Shown: positions 9,856-19,155 of the stretch, in pieces
Position numbering within the stretch: the first letter of the stretch is position 1
How the letters are laid out: every line of letters begins with the position of its first letter
Assembly: GCA_903919375.1 (NCBI GenBank)
Contig: CAIXHZ010000067.1
Coordinates: 10,291 to 74,290, forward strand
Direction of reading: 5' to 3'
Length of the DNA: 64,000 nt
Source of the DNA: an uncultured Actinomycetes bacterium
GTDB lineage: Bacteria > Actinomycetota > Actinomycetes > Nanopelagicales > Nanopelagicaceae
The notes under the pieces: model-generated
What the model saw: only the letters and a program-made list of their open reading frames with translations
What the model was told of the DNA's origin: nothing
Database searches by the model: none
Program-made: the position numbers and the translations under genes

Positions 9856-10989
9856 TTAGGTGTGAAGCGTCAGCGGAGTCCCCACTAATGACTTCGAGCG
9901 GACCATTAATTTATCGACCAAGGCGTCGAAGGCCTGACTTGCGGGTGAATTCTTATCGCTGACCACGATCGGATCGCCATTATCCCCACCCACACGAAGT
10001 TCAGGTGAGAATGGAATGGAGGCCAAAAGCGGCACCTCTCCCCCGACCAAGGTCGAGAGTCGCTTTGCTGCCTCGGCGCCGCCACCGCTACCAAAGAGCG
10101 CAATTGGTTCACCACAATGAGGGCAAGGTGCATCGGACATATTTTCGACCACGCCTAGAATCTGTTGCTTCATCTGATGAGCAATTCGACCAGCTCGTTC
10201 AGCGACTTCGGCGGCAGCTAATTGCGGAGTTGTCACGACCAGAATTTCAGAGGCTGGAATTAGTTGGCCAAGTGAAATGGCGATATCACCAGTTCCTGGT
10301 GGCAGGTCGAGAAGAAGTAAATCGAGGTCACCCCAATAGGCATCGCTCAAGAGCTGTTCGAGAACTCGGTGAAGCAACGGCCCACGGTAGGCGACTGGGT
10401 CAGAGCGCTCCGGCTTGAACATCTCCATCGAAACGACTTTAACCCCGAACTTTTCGATCGGAATAAAAGTCTGATCAATAGCAGTCGGGCGCTGACCAAC
10501 AATTCCCATCAAACGTGGAATGGAGTGCCCGTAGACATCTGCGTCGAGAATTCCGACGGAGAGCCCCTTGTGAGCAGCTGCAATCGCCAGGTTTGCTGTG
10601 ACAGAAGATTTTCCGACGCCGCCTTTACCGGAAGCGATTCCCAGAACTCGAGTCAGTGAATCAGGTTGAGCGAAAGGTATGTACTTCTCCCGACCGCCGC
10701 GAATCAATTTTCGAACGCCTTCGCGCTGCTCTGGTGACATCGCCCCAAAAGTGATTGCCACGCGAGAGATATCTGAAATATCTAAAACCGCTTTTTCAAT
10801 ATCACTCTGCAGGCGATCCTTCATTGGGCAGCCCGAAATTGTGAGCAGAATGGATAGATCAACCACGCCACCATTAACGGCGATCGACTCCACCATTCCA
10901 AGTTCGGTGATAGCTCGATGGAGTTCAGGATCAATGACCGTGGCTAGCGCCGAATTAATCTTTTCGAGCAGTGGTGTATCGGCAGACAT
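9856..10989 (-). CDS. mrp: Mrp/NBP35 Fe-S cluster carrier ATPase
   Basis: N-terminal DPEL..LTISGCP domain, SGKGGVGKS, DADVYG, DLPPGTGD, ENMS..CPHC. Confidence 0.95.
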   Translation of the reverse strand: MSADTPLLEKINSALATVIDPELHRAITELGMVESIAVNGGVVDLSILLTISGCPMKDRLQSDIEKAVLDISDISRVAITFGAMSPEQREGVRKLIRGGREKYIPFAQPDSLTRVLGIASGKGGVGKSSVTANLAIAAAHKGLSVGILDADVYGHSIPRLMGIVGQRPTAIDQTFIPIEKFGVKVVSMEMFKPERSDPVAYRGPLLHRVLEQLLSDAYWGDLDLLLLDLPPGTGDIAISLGQLIPASEILVVTTPQLAAAEVAERAGRIAHQMKQQILGVVENMSDAPCPHCGEPIALFGSGGGAEAAKRLSTLVGGEVPLLASIPFSPELRVGGDNGDPIVVSDKNSPASQAFDALVDKLMVRSKSLVGTPLTLHT

Positions 10990-10998
10990 GAATTGCTC

Positions 10999-11316
10999 CT
11001 AAAGGAGGTCGGGGTCGATCTTTGCTGACTTTGTAACTTCCTCGACTTCATCGGTAAAGTCAAAATCCTTTGGGTTTACAACGCCATCGAGCGTTTTTTT
11101 AATCAATTTCTTGGGGTGAAGATCGGTTACTTGTAGATCTTCAAAACCAGGTCCAAGATTTTCGCGCAGCTCCTCAGTCGCTTTTGCAGCCAACCCGCGA
11201 GCCTTGTGAATATATTTCGCAGCATCGCGAGCAAAGGTAGGTAACTTGTCAGGTCCGATTAAGACCATCGCCAATATCACCAGAGCGATAAATTCGCCGC
11301 CACCAATTCCGAACAT
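10999..11316 (-). CDS. tatB: Sec-independent translocase TatB
   Basis: MFGIGGGE..IGPDKLP N-terminus; lies between htrA and mrp. Confidence 0.9.
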   Translation of the reverse strand: MFGIGGGEFIALVILAMVLIGPDKLPTFARDAAKYIHKARGLAAKATEELRENLGPGFEDLQVTDLHPKKLIKKTLDGVVNPKDFDFTDEVEEVTKSAKIDPDLL

Positions 11317-11337
11317 GCGTTAAGCCTATCGCGCTAA

Positions 11338-12501
11338 CTACTTGGCTGCGGCTATCAGAACCATGGTGGCAATGTGTGTACTGCCATTGCGCTGGTAGGT
11401 CACCTTCACACTATCCCCCACCTGATGGGATCGAATGGCAACGATCGCTTCATCGGCATTGGCAACTGGATTGCCGTCGATAGCAGTGATGAGATCACCC
11501 GCTTTAATCCCTGCCTTTTGAGCTGGGCCACCAGCCAAGACCGCAGTGGGAGTATTTGCAACTTTTGCGCCTATTCCAGTAAAAGTTCTATCCAGTGACA
11601 GACCAATGATGGGATAGGTGGACTTTCCGGTCTTAATCAAGGCTTCGGCTGTGCGCTTGGCTTGATTGATCGGGATGGCAAAACCTAATCCGATTGAGCC
11701 AGCTTGGCCGCTGAAATTTGATCCGAGCGATGCGATTGCAGAATTCACACCAATAACTGCGCCTGTGAGATCGACAAGTGGACCGCCAGAGTTGCCGGGA
11801 TTGATGGCGGCATCAGTTTGAAGTGCATTAATAAAGGAGCTCTCGCCCTTGGCATTTCCAGAAGTCACGGGGCGATTTTTGGCGCTGATAATTCCGCTGG
11901 TGACTGTTCCGGCCAATCCGAGCGGTGAACCGATCGCAATAACACCATCGCCCACTGCAATCTGATCGCTATCTCCTAATTGGAGTGCGGGAGCATCCAC
12001 GATCTCAATCTTGAGAACGGAGAGATCGTAGGCGCTATCGCGGCCAATAATTTTGGCAGGATAATTTTTACCGTTGGCAAGTGCGACAGTAACGCTGCCA
12101 CCATTAAGGGCATTTTCAATGACATGGTTATTGGTCAGGATGTAACCATCTTTACGAATGAAAAATCCCGAGCCAGTGTCACTACCTGATGCGCCGCTGA
12201 CATTGATGGAGACAACCGAAGGTGAAACTCGCGCAGCGATACCAGCGATGGAATCAGGTGCGCGCTCAACTGTGCTGTGAGATGAGACGATTGAACCATT
12301 ACCGGAGAATGCGAGTGAACCTCTCGCAACAACGGAGCCAACGACGGCAGCAATAAGGGCCATCAGTAAGGCTAATCGGAAGGAAATATTTCCTGAGAGC
12401 AGACCGCTCTTCGCTCCACCGCGGCGTGGCCCGGCAGATGCCGAGTAGAGAGGAGCCGATCCATCGGCAGGGATCCACCAGGGGGCTTGGTCAGTACTCA
12501 T
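11338..12501 (-). CDS. htrA: HtrA/DegP-like serine protease with PDZ domain
   Basis: LTNNHV, DLSVLK, QTDAAINPGNSGGPL, C-terminal PDZ; N-terminal TM. Confidence 0.93.
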   Translation of the reverse strand: MSTDQAPWWIPADGSAPLYSASAGPRRGGAKSGLLSGNISFRLALLMALIAAVVGSVVARGSLAFSGNGSIVSSHSTVERAPDSIAGIAARVSPSVVSINVSGASGSDTGSGFFIRKDGYILTNNHVIENALNGGSVTVALANGKNYPAKIIGRDSAYDLSVLKIEIVDAPALQLGDSDQIAVGDGVIAIGSPLGLAGTVTSGIISAKNRPVTSGNAKGESSFINALQTDAAINPGNSGGPLVDLTGAVIGVNSAIASLGSNFSGQAGSIGLGFAIPINQAKRTAEALIKTGKSTYPIIGLSLDRTFTGIGAKVANTPTAVLAGGPAQKAGIKAGDLITAIDGNPVANADEAIVAIRSHQVGDSVKVTYQRNGSTHIATMVLIAAAK

Positions 12502-12523
12502 TTTTTCTCAATTCTCTTTTCTG

Positions 12524-13162
12524 CTAATTCACTTTGGTTGCAATAAGCACGCCGCCACCGAGTGGAAGGATCGAGGAGATCCAACGAGGATCTTCCTTAA
12601 TCGCCTTCACGGCATCGCGGCGCGAAATAGTCTCGAAGTCTCGCTGGGTGGGGTCTGCCACCTTTCCGCCATCGAGTGCGTTGTCGATAAGTAAAACACC
12701 GCCATCTTTGAGAAGTCTGAAACTTTCCTGAACAACATCCAAGATATCTATTGGGGAGCGTACGATCATGAAGTCATAGTTTTGATCGGCAAGTTTTCCA
12801 ACGACTTCGAGAATATTTCCCGTGATTAATCGATAACGAGCCGAAGAGATGCCAGCTTCATCGAAGATTTTCTTGGCTAGCCCCGAATTCTCTCGCTCAG
12901 AATCGATTGACGTTAAATTTGATTCTGTAGTTGAGCCGTAAAAGGCCCAGAGCCCGCTGACGCCAGAGCCAGTGCCTACTTCCACAATCGCCTTGGCCTG
13001 TGTAAGGGTGGCCATCAAGCCAATAAGCCCGCCAGTGCCTGGCGTGGGATCGAGCGCTCCAATTTCTATGCCATTTTTTCGTGCTTGCTGCATATAGAAA
13101 TCTTCATGTGGATGGCTTTCAGCAAATGCTGAAATATCTCCGCGATTGATTGAGGTACTCAT
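12524..13162 (-). CDS. O-methyltransferase (Methyltransf_3 type)
   Basis: VEVGTGSGVSG SAM motif, LLKDGGVLLIDN; start at ATG 13162 overlapping the pepA stop. Confidence 0.88.
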   Translation of the reverse strand: MSTSINRGDISAFAESHPHEDFYMQQARKNGIEIGALDPTPGTGGLIGLMATLTQAKAIVEVGTGSGVSGLWAFYGSTTESNLTSIDSERENSGLAKKIFDEAGISSARYRLITGNILEVVGKLADQNYDFMIVRSPIDILDVVQESFRLLKDGGVLLIDNALDGGKVADPTQRDFETISRRDAVKAIKEDPRWISSILPLGGGVLIATKVN

Positions 13163-14748
13163 GCCAAGCTCGCAATCCATTGAGTTAAGAGTCGAACGCC
13201 GAAACCAGTTCCACCTTTGGGGTTTTCACCTGCATCGGACTCAGATCGAGCTGGCCCGGCAATATCGAAGTGCACCCAGGTAGCGTCGCTCTTCTTATTG
13301 ACGAAATTCTCCAGAAAAAGTGCGGCAGTAACGGAGCCGCCCGAGAAATCTGGCTTCTCTGCCGTGTGATTCAGATCGGCGATATCCGATGCCATGGCGA
13401 TCGCATAATCATCGATGAGTGGCATATGCCAAACTCTCTCACCAATCTGGTTTCCGATCTCGTGAATCTGCTTGGCAAGTTTCTCATCGCGGGTATACAT
13501 GGCGCCATAACCGCGGCCAAGGCCTAGCGTGGCAGCGCCGGTGAGCGTGGCGATATCGACGATGTAATCCGGATTGAGCTCTAAATCAGCATATGCCAAG
13601 CCATCAGCAAGGACGAGCCGGCCTTCAGCATCGGTATTGATAATTTCAACAGTTGTTCCACCGTATTGGGTTATGACATCCGATGGTCGCTGCGCAGTTG
13701 CAGAAATTGCATTTTCCGCACACATCAGAAGGGCAGTGACTTTAACAGGCGTACCGATTTCGGCGATCGCCAAGATGGTGGAGAGTACGGCAGCGCTTCC
13801 GGCCATATCGCTCTTCATGCCGATCATAAAATCATACGGACGTTTGAGCGAAATTCCACCGGTATCAAAGGTGATGCCTTTGCCTACTAGTACAACATGT
13901 GGCGCTTTCTTATTCCCTTTCGGGTTATAGCTGACTTGAATAAATCGCGGTCCAGGTTTTGGCGAAGAGCCACCGACTGCAACCAAGCCACCAAATTGTG
14001 CAAGCGCTTTTCCGCTCAACACCTCAATCGCGAGAGCAGGAGATGGGCTAGCCTGGATAAATTTCTTTGCTTGATTGGCCATCCAGAGCGGTGTCTTAAT
14101 ATTTGCTGGGGTATGGATGAGATCGCGAGCGCGCCAGACTGCTGCGCTCAAGATAAGTGCGCGGTCAAATTCAGCTGCTGCAGACGTTACGACATCAAAA
14201 TGATTATGTGGAGTTTTGAGAGCAAGACCACTTTTTTTACTCCATTGGTAGCTGGCAAGGGAGAGCGCGTTGATATGCGACAGTGCTGCACCCTTCTCAG
14301 CCTTCTGTGGGAGCGTGAGATCTAAAATTTTCTTTCCAGCAGTTGCCGTGGTAGCGAGTTTTGCTTTTCGCGCGAGCGCGCTTCCCGCTTTGCGGAGATC
14401 CTCAGTAGTGGAATTTCCCACTCCGACTAAATAAATGCGGGTCAGAGCACTCGCTTTTTCACCTTGCTGTGAAGGGATAGGTAATTCAATGATTTCTCCC
14501 GCTTTACCGGTGCGATCTGGCCAAGCAGCTGCCAATTCCGAGAGTGAGAGGTTTAGTTCTTTTTCGAGATGAGTAATAAAAGAGTGTGCAAGAAGTGTTG
14601 GCTTACCTTCAGGAGTATCGGCACCTGCAAGCGGCAGGGCAATTGCATCAAAATGGTGCAAGGAAATGTGCGCTGATTTCGCACCAACCGCGGCTAGGTC
14701 AGAGTGATCCCACCGAGAGAATGTTGGGGATTGGTGGGTTGCGCTCAC
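13159..14748 (-). CDS. pepA: Leucyl aminopeptidase (M17)
   Basis: VGKGITFDTGG, MKSDMAG, NTDAEGRLVLAD, DIATLTGA, HFDIAG. Confidence 0.92.
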   Translation of the reverse strand: MSATHQSPTFSRWDHSDLAAVGAKSAHISLHHFDAIALPLAGADTPEGKPTLLAHSFITHLEKELNLSLSELAAAWPDRTGKAGEIIELPIPSQQGEKASALTRIYLVGVGNSTTEDLRKAGSALARKAKLATTATAGKKILDLTLPQKAEKGAALSHINALSLASYQWSKKSGLALKTPHNHFDVVTSAAAEFDRALILSAAVWRARDLIHTPANIKTPLWMANQAKKFIQASPSPALAIEVLSGKALAQFGGLVAVGGSSPKPGPRFIQVSYNPKGNKKAPHVVLVGKGITFDTGGISLKRPYDFMIGMKSDMAGSAAVLSTILAIAEIGTPVKVTALLMCAENAISATAQRPSDVITQYGGTTVEIINTDAEGRLVLADGLAYADLELNPDYIVDIATLTGAATLGLGRGYGAMYTRDEKLAKQIHEIGNQIGERVWHMPLIDDYAIAMASDIADLNHTAEKPDFSGGSVTAALFLENFVNKKSDATWVHFDIAGPARSESDAGENPKGGTGFGVRLLTQWIASLA

Positions 14749-14769
14749 AGGCAGACCCTAACGCAGCTT

Positions 14770-14949
14770 CTACTTCTTAACGAGAGAAACGGCTGCTTGA
14801 AGAGCGTTGCCGAGATTGGTCGCTTCTTCCACATTGAGTTCTACGACCAGACGGCCGCCACCTTCGAGGGGAATTCGCATAACGAGGCTGCGAGCTTCCT
14901 TGGTTACTTCCATGGGTCCATCACCAGTGCGTGGTTTCATGGCTGCCAT
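14770..14949 (-). CDS. DUF3117 family small protein, 59 aa (not in ORF track)
   Basis: Hand translation MAAMKPRTGDGPMEVTKEARSLVMRIPLEGGGRLVVELNVEEATNLGNALQAAVSLVKK; GAGGAG RBS. Confidence 0.92.
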   Translation of the reverse strand: MAAMKPRTGDGPMEVTKEARSLVMRIPLEGGGRLVVELNVEEATNLGNALQAAVSLVKK

Positions 14950-15048
14950 GTAGGTACTCCTCTAACGTTGGGAAAGCTTCTGACCTGCTTCTTGCTAGGG
15001 GATAAGTATCTCGCATCCCCCGCTCTCCTGTGAAATCGAGATTGGGGC

Positions 15049-15288
15049 CTAATCGCTCCCCATCTGCCCCTCATTTAACGCGGCGATTAGGCGAGATTTG
15101 CCAATCGTGATAACAGATTCGACTGCCCGAGGGGGCACTCCTATCGCTTGCGCTATCGCCGCCGGAGTGAGCCCACGTAGCAGGTGCAGGGTCAAGATGA
15201 ATTTTTCTTCTTCCGGGAGCGAGTCAAGGAAGGTGGCCACGGATATGGGGGCGCCCACCTGGCCCGCCGCCGCACTCACCTCGCTCAT
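15049..15288 (-). CDS. Stand-alone ECF-sigma region-4-like HTH protein, 79 aa
   Basis: LDSLPEEEKFILTL..LRGLTPAAIAQAIGVPPRAVESVITIGKSRL fits sigma70 region 4.2; TAACCT -10 box 6 nt before ATG. Confidence 0.7.
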   Translation of the reverse strand: MSEVSAAAGQVGAPISVATFLDSLPEEEKFILTLHLLRGLTPAAIAQAIGVPPRAVESVITIGKSRLIAALNEGQMGSD

Positions 15289-15378
15289 GCCTTCAGGTTA
15301 CTGCCCCAGCGAACTATCGAGAAGTTCCCTGCTAGATTCACAGGATATTTTGATCTTGCAGGCCCCTTGTGAGCGCGC

Positions 15379-15909
15379 TTATTTAAGGGCGTTGATTGCA
15401 CCATCAATTGTTGTTGCCCAGGTAACTAGATGATCCTGACCTGACTTCATAAATTTTAATTCGGTCAAATGATCAATGGCGCCTTTGAGTGGCGCAAAGG
15501 CACCATGGGGATCACACACGGCAATAGGTTTGTTATGAAATTTGAGATAACTACCCACCCAAATTTCAAAGAATTCTTCGAGTGTTCCAATTCCTCCTGG
15601 CAGAACAATAAATGCATCTGCGAGTTCTTCGATCTTCGCTTTGCGAGAGCGCATATCACTCACCACATGAAGTTCGGTGGATTCTTTATCTTCGATTTCC
15701 AATGCCAATAATTTCTCGGGGATAACGCCAATTGTTTGCTGACCGGTACTCCGGACACCACGCGCTACAGCGCCCATCATGGAAATTGCACCACCACCCC
15801 AGACCAGATCCCAACCTTCACTTCCAATCGCAATACCTACGGCATGTGCCAGCTCAAGAAAGGCGGGATCGATATCGGGAGCGGAGGAGCAGTAGACGGA
15901 GATTCGCAT
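15379..15909 (-). CDS. LOG family nucleotide phosphoribohydrolase (TIGR00730-like)
   Basis: VYCSS, LVWGGG, DMRSRK, LPGGIGTLEE; start moved to ATG 15909. Confidence 0.92.
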   Translation of the reverse strand: MRISVYCSSAPDIDPAFLELAHAVGIAIGSEGWDLVWGGGAISMMGAVARGVRSTGQQTIGVIPEKLLALEIEDKESTELHVVSDMRSRKAKIEELADAFIVLPGGIGTLEEFFEIWVGSYLKFHNKPIAVCDPHGAFAPLKGAIDHLTELKFMKSGQDHLVTWATTIDGAINALK

Positions 15910-15949
15910 GGCAACCAGTCTATGGCATGGAGTTTGATAGCGTTCGGTC

Positions 15950-16873
15950 ATGAGTTCACGAACTGCCTATGGTCATGGAATTGCGACAACAACAACTTCC
16001 GGTGAAGTTCTCGACACCTGGTATGGCGCGCTGGGTTTGGGTGCGCTTGCAGATTCGATCACGCCCGATTTCAGCGAACTCTTGGGAAGTGATTCGATTC
16101 GCGATGTAATTCGTACTGCAGTGTCGCTCGAGATTGATCTCGATGCGGCGCCTCTCTCAGTTTCAGATGCTTACCTCCGCCTCCAACTTCTCTCCCATCG
16201 AATTGTGAAGCCACATGGCCTCTCACTCGAAGGCATCTTCGGAATTCTTCCCAATGTGGCATGGACATCAGCGGGACCTTGTTCGCTCACCACCTTCAAT
16301 CAGGTCGCACCTCGGCTACGCGCCAAACTCGGTCATCTCACTATCTTTAGCGTCGATAAATTCCCACGTATGGTCGATTACGTTGTCCCGGAGGGCGTTC
16401 GCATCGCCGATGCCGATCGAGTTCGTCTTGGCGCGCATCTTGCAGCTGGCACCACAGTGATGCACGAAGGCTTCGTCAATTTCAATGCCGGAACTCTTGG
16501 CAAATCCATGGTTGAAGGTCGCATCAGCGCCGGTGTCGTAGTCGGCGACGGCAGCGACATTGGTGGCGGCGCATCGATCATGGGCACGCTCAGTGGTGGC
16601 GGCAAAACTGTGATCTCTATTGGTGAGCGCACATTGCTCGGGGCTAATGCCGGAATCGGCATCTCACTCGGAGATGATTGCGTTGTTGAATCAGGTGCTT
16701 ACATCACTGCTGGATCCAAGATTGCGCTACCCGATGGCACGATTGTAAAAGGCGCAGAATTATCTGGCGCTAATAATTTACTCTTCCGCCGCAACTCCCA
16801 GAGCGGAGCGCTAGAAGCGTTACCCAAGACTGGTACTTGGGGCGGCTTGAACTCAGTTTTGCATGCTAATTAA
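15950..16873 (+). CDS. dapD: Tetrahydrodipicolinate N-succinyltransferase (actinobacterial type)
   Basis: [36 protein letters not shown], hexapeptide repeats, FRRNSQSG. Confidence 0.95.
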   Translation: MSSRTAYGHGIATTTTSGEVLDTWYGALGLGALADSITPDFSELLGSDSIRDVIRTAVSLEIDLDAAPLSVSDAYLRLQLLSHRIVKPHGLSLEGIFGILPNVAWTSAGPCSLTTFNQVAPRLRAKLGHLTIFSVDKFPRMVDYVVPEGVRIADADRVRLGAHLAAGTTVMHEGFVNFNAGTLGKSMVEGRISAGVVVGDGSDIGGGASIMGTLSGGGKTVISIGERTLLGANAGIGISLGDDCVVESGAYITAGSKIALPDGTIVKGAELSGANNLLFRRNSQSGALEALPKTGTWGGLNSVLHAN

Positions 16874-16883
16874 TTAGCGCACT

Positions 16884-18104
16884 TTAATTGAGATCGAACC
16901 ACGACGATGGCAAGTGAGCAATCGTTTTAAAATCGCTGACGCCAATTTTCTTCTTGAGACCGTTTGAGCTATATCCAGTCACAGTTATTACTGCCCCGGT
17001 TGGAGATCGCGAGCTGACTACATATCTAATTACATCCGGAAGTCCAAAAGCGTTGGCCATGGCTTGCTGTGTCACAGTTCGCTGCCAATGGGCGTAATTG
17101 GGATTAAGTGCGGCATCGGTGCTCCACGGATCAGGAACACTCTGTAAATATGGAAAAGGCGTACCCCACACATCTTGGCTTCGAGCGGTAACGCCACCTG
17201 TCGATGAAGAGAAGTAGACATTGATGGGTGCGCCGTTGTAATAAATCGCAAGCGAATGGCTGGAATCTATTGTGGTGCTATCTACTGCGGCTTTCCAGAG
17301 CGCGCCATATTTATATTCGCTCTCTTTTACATAACCGTTGTAGACCTGATCATATTTATCACTATAGAGCTGGCAATCACAGGCTTTACGGAGTGGCCCG
17401 AGTCGAGCTAAGGCATACGTGCGAGAGGCAATTATCTGACTTTCCATCGCCGCTTCTGGCCACGCTGATGAGACTTCTGCGATGCCATAGAGATATTGAT
17501 CGTGAAGTGCCAAGGTATCGGTGATCTCCATGTGATAACCCTGGCCAGTAATGGGCACTGAGCGGATTTGGATATAGCCATATTTCAATCCGATATTTGT
17601 TGCTCCACTATTGAGATTAATAACCGTTGTTGCCGAGTCCCACCGAATTGTCCAGAGCGAGGAGGGCGCAAGAGTTGTACTTGCTTTCCCGAGCGTCCAC
17701 GTCGGTGCAATCTGTTTTCCGATCATGGAAAATGTAAGTACACCTTTGCCACTCAGAGAGATTGATGTGGGGGTATCGCCATTGAAAAGTTGTGCGGCGC
17801 CTACCGGAAAGCGCTTATCTATCGAAAACTTTGCGGTATCTACTTGATGAGCAATATTGACTCGAATCGTTTGCGAGTCTGCTACGGGAATTACTTGGGT
17901 GCCAGGAAAGTAATATTTCAAAATATCGGTCGCGCTTTTACCGGCTAGCGCCTGACCCTTTGCACCGATTTGGCTGAGCCCTACTCCGTGGCCATATCCC
18001 GAACCAGAGATAGTAAAGAATGCAGGTGCGCTATCAGCATATGTTGGGGGAAGAGCCCACGTTAGGAAGACTGCGCAAAGCGCAGTTACAGCAAACTTTC
18101 TCAT
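16884..18104 (-). CDS. Secreted SpoIID/LytB-domain peptidoglycan hydrolase
   Basis: Signal peptide; GYGHGVGLSQIGA, YLYGIAEV..WP, ASRTYA, DQVYNG, FSSSTGG, PYLQSVPDPW. Confidence 0.88.
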   Translation of the reverse strand: MRKFAVTALCAVFLTWALPPTYADSAPAFFTISGSGYGHGVGLSQIGAKGQALAGKSATDILKYYFPGTQVIPVADSQTIRVNIAHQVDTAKFSIDKRFPVGAAQLFNGDTPTSISLSGKGVLTFSMIGKQIAPTWTLGKASTTLAPSSLWTIRWDSATTVINLNSGATNIGLKYGYIQIRSVPITGQGYHMEITDTLALHDQYLYGIAEVSSAWPEAAMESQIIASRTYALARLGPLRKACDCQLYSDKYDQVYNGYVKESEYKYGALWKAAVDSTTIDSSHSLAIYYNGAPINVYFSSSTGGVTARSQDVWGTPFPYLQSVPDPWSTDAALNPNYAHWQRTVTQQAMANAFGLPDVIRYVVSSRSPTGAVITVTGYSSNGLKKKIGVSDFKTIAHLPSSWFDLN

Positions 18105-19114
18105 TCCTCGCCATCTTCAGCGATCAAACCTGGTGGGGATGTCAGATAGCCCGCACCCCACGTCATATGCATGGTCGCAAGAATTGCTGGCAAGGCAATT
18201 TTCTCGCCCCAAGTTTTTCCAATTATGAGTCCGCCAGCAGTCACGGCGGCGATATAGGTAATGACAGGAATATAGAAGAGTGGTGAAATGGTGAGACCCA
18301 GAAGAAGTGAAAGTACATTAATGGCTAGTGCGGTAGGTGGAGCTAAGTAGCGATAGTTGACCGAACCTTTATGGCTTCGAGCAACTGCATGACGCCAGCG
18401 GCCATATTGAAAATATTGTTTCGCAAGTGCCTTGATTGTCGATCTTGGACGATAGGTAACAACGAGCGATGGATCAAACCAGATCTTTCCGCCAGCTTTG
18501 CGGAGTCTAAAATTTAATTCCCAATCTTGCGCGCGGGTATAGCGTTCGTCATAGCCACCAGCGGCAAGGATTGCTGCCTTCACGAAATTTCCGAGGTAAA
18601 CCGTATCCGACTCCCCCGCACCTCCACCGGTATGAAAACGTGATGCACCTACTCCGAGCGGTGAACGCATAGCGGTAGCGACTGCTCGTTCAAAGCGGCT
18701 CTGACCTTGCGCTGCCATGATTCCACCCGCATTTACTGCTCCCGTGGAACGTAAAATTTCCACTGCGTGCTTTACATAGCTGTCAGAAACCTCAGCATGT
18801 CCATCGATGCGAGTGATGAGCGGATATCTCGATAGGGCAATTGCGGCATTGAGACCAGCGGCAGTTCGTCCAGTGGGATTTTCCACCAACCGCACCCGAG
18901 TGTCGCGATCAGATAAGCGCGCAGCAATCTCATTGGTCCTATCTTTCGATGGACCAAGGGCCAGAATCACTTCAAAATCGCCCGGATAATCCTGTCGCAA
19001 TATCGCCGTGATAGCGGAATCTAGATGGCGCTCTTCATTCAAAATCGGCAGAACGATGGAGACACCTGGCCAATTGCCGGGCGTACCCCAAAAATCACCG
19101 TCACGAGTATCCAT
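18101..19114 (-). CDS. GT2 family glycosyltransferase (ExoA-like)
   Basis: SIVLPILNEE, RIDGH, QDWELNFRLR, QYFQYGRWR, C-terminal TMs. Confidence 0.9.
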   Translation of the reverse strand: MDTRDGDFWGTPGNWPGVSIVLPILNEERHLDSAITAILRQDYPGDFEVILALGPSKDRTNEIAARLSDRDTRVRLVENPTGRTAAGLNAAIALSRYPLITRIDGHAEVSDSYVKHAVEILRSTGAVNAGGIMAAQGQSRFERAVATAMRSPLGVGASRFHTGGGAGESDTVYLGNFVKAAILAAGGYDERYTRAQDWELNFRLRKAGGKIWFDPSLVVTYRPRSTIKALAKQYFQYGRWRHAVARSHKGSVNYRYLAPPTALAINVLSLLLGLTISPLFYIPVITYIAAVTAGGLIIGKTWGEKIALPAILATMHMTWGAGYLTSPPGLIAEDGEE

Positions 19115-19155
19115 ACTCTCCCACCGTACCCGTTCCGCCCGCTAAGATCGGTTCA

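Noticed and set aside
14704-15033. 109-aa plus-strand ORF
   Set aside because: Antisense shadow of the DUF3117 gene and the pepA start
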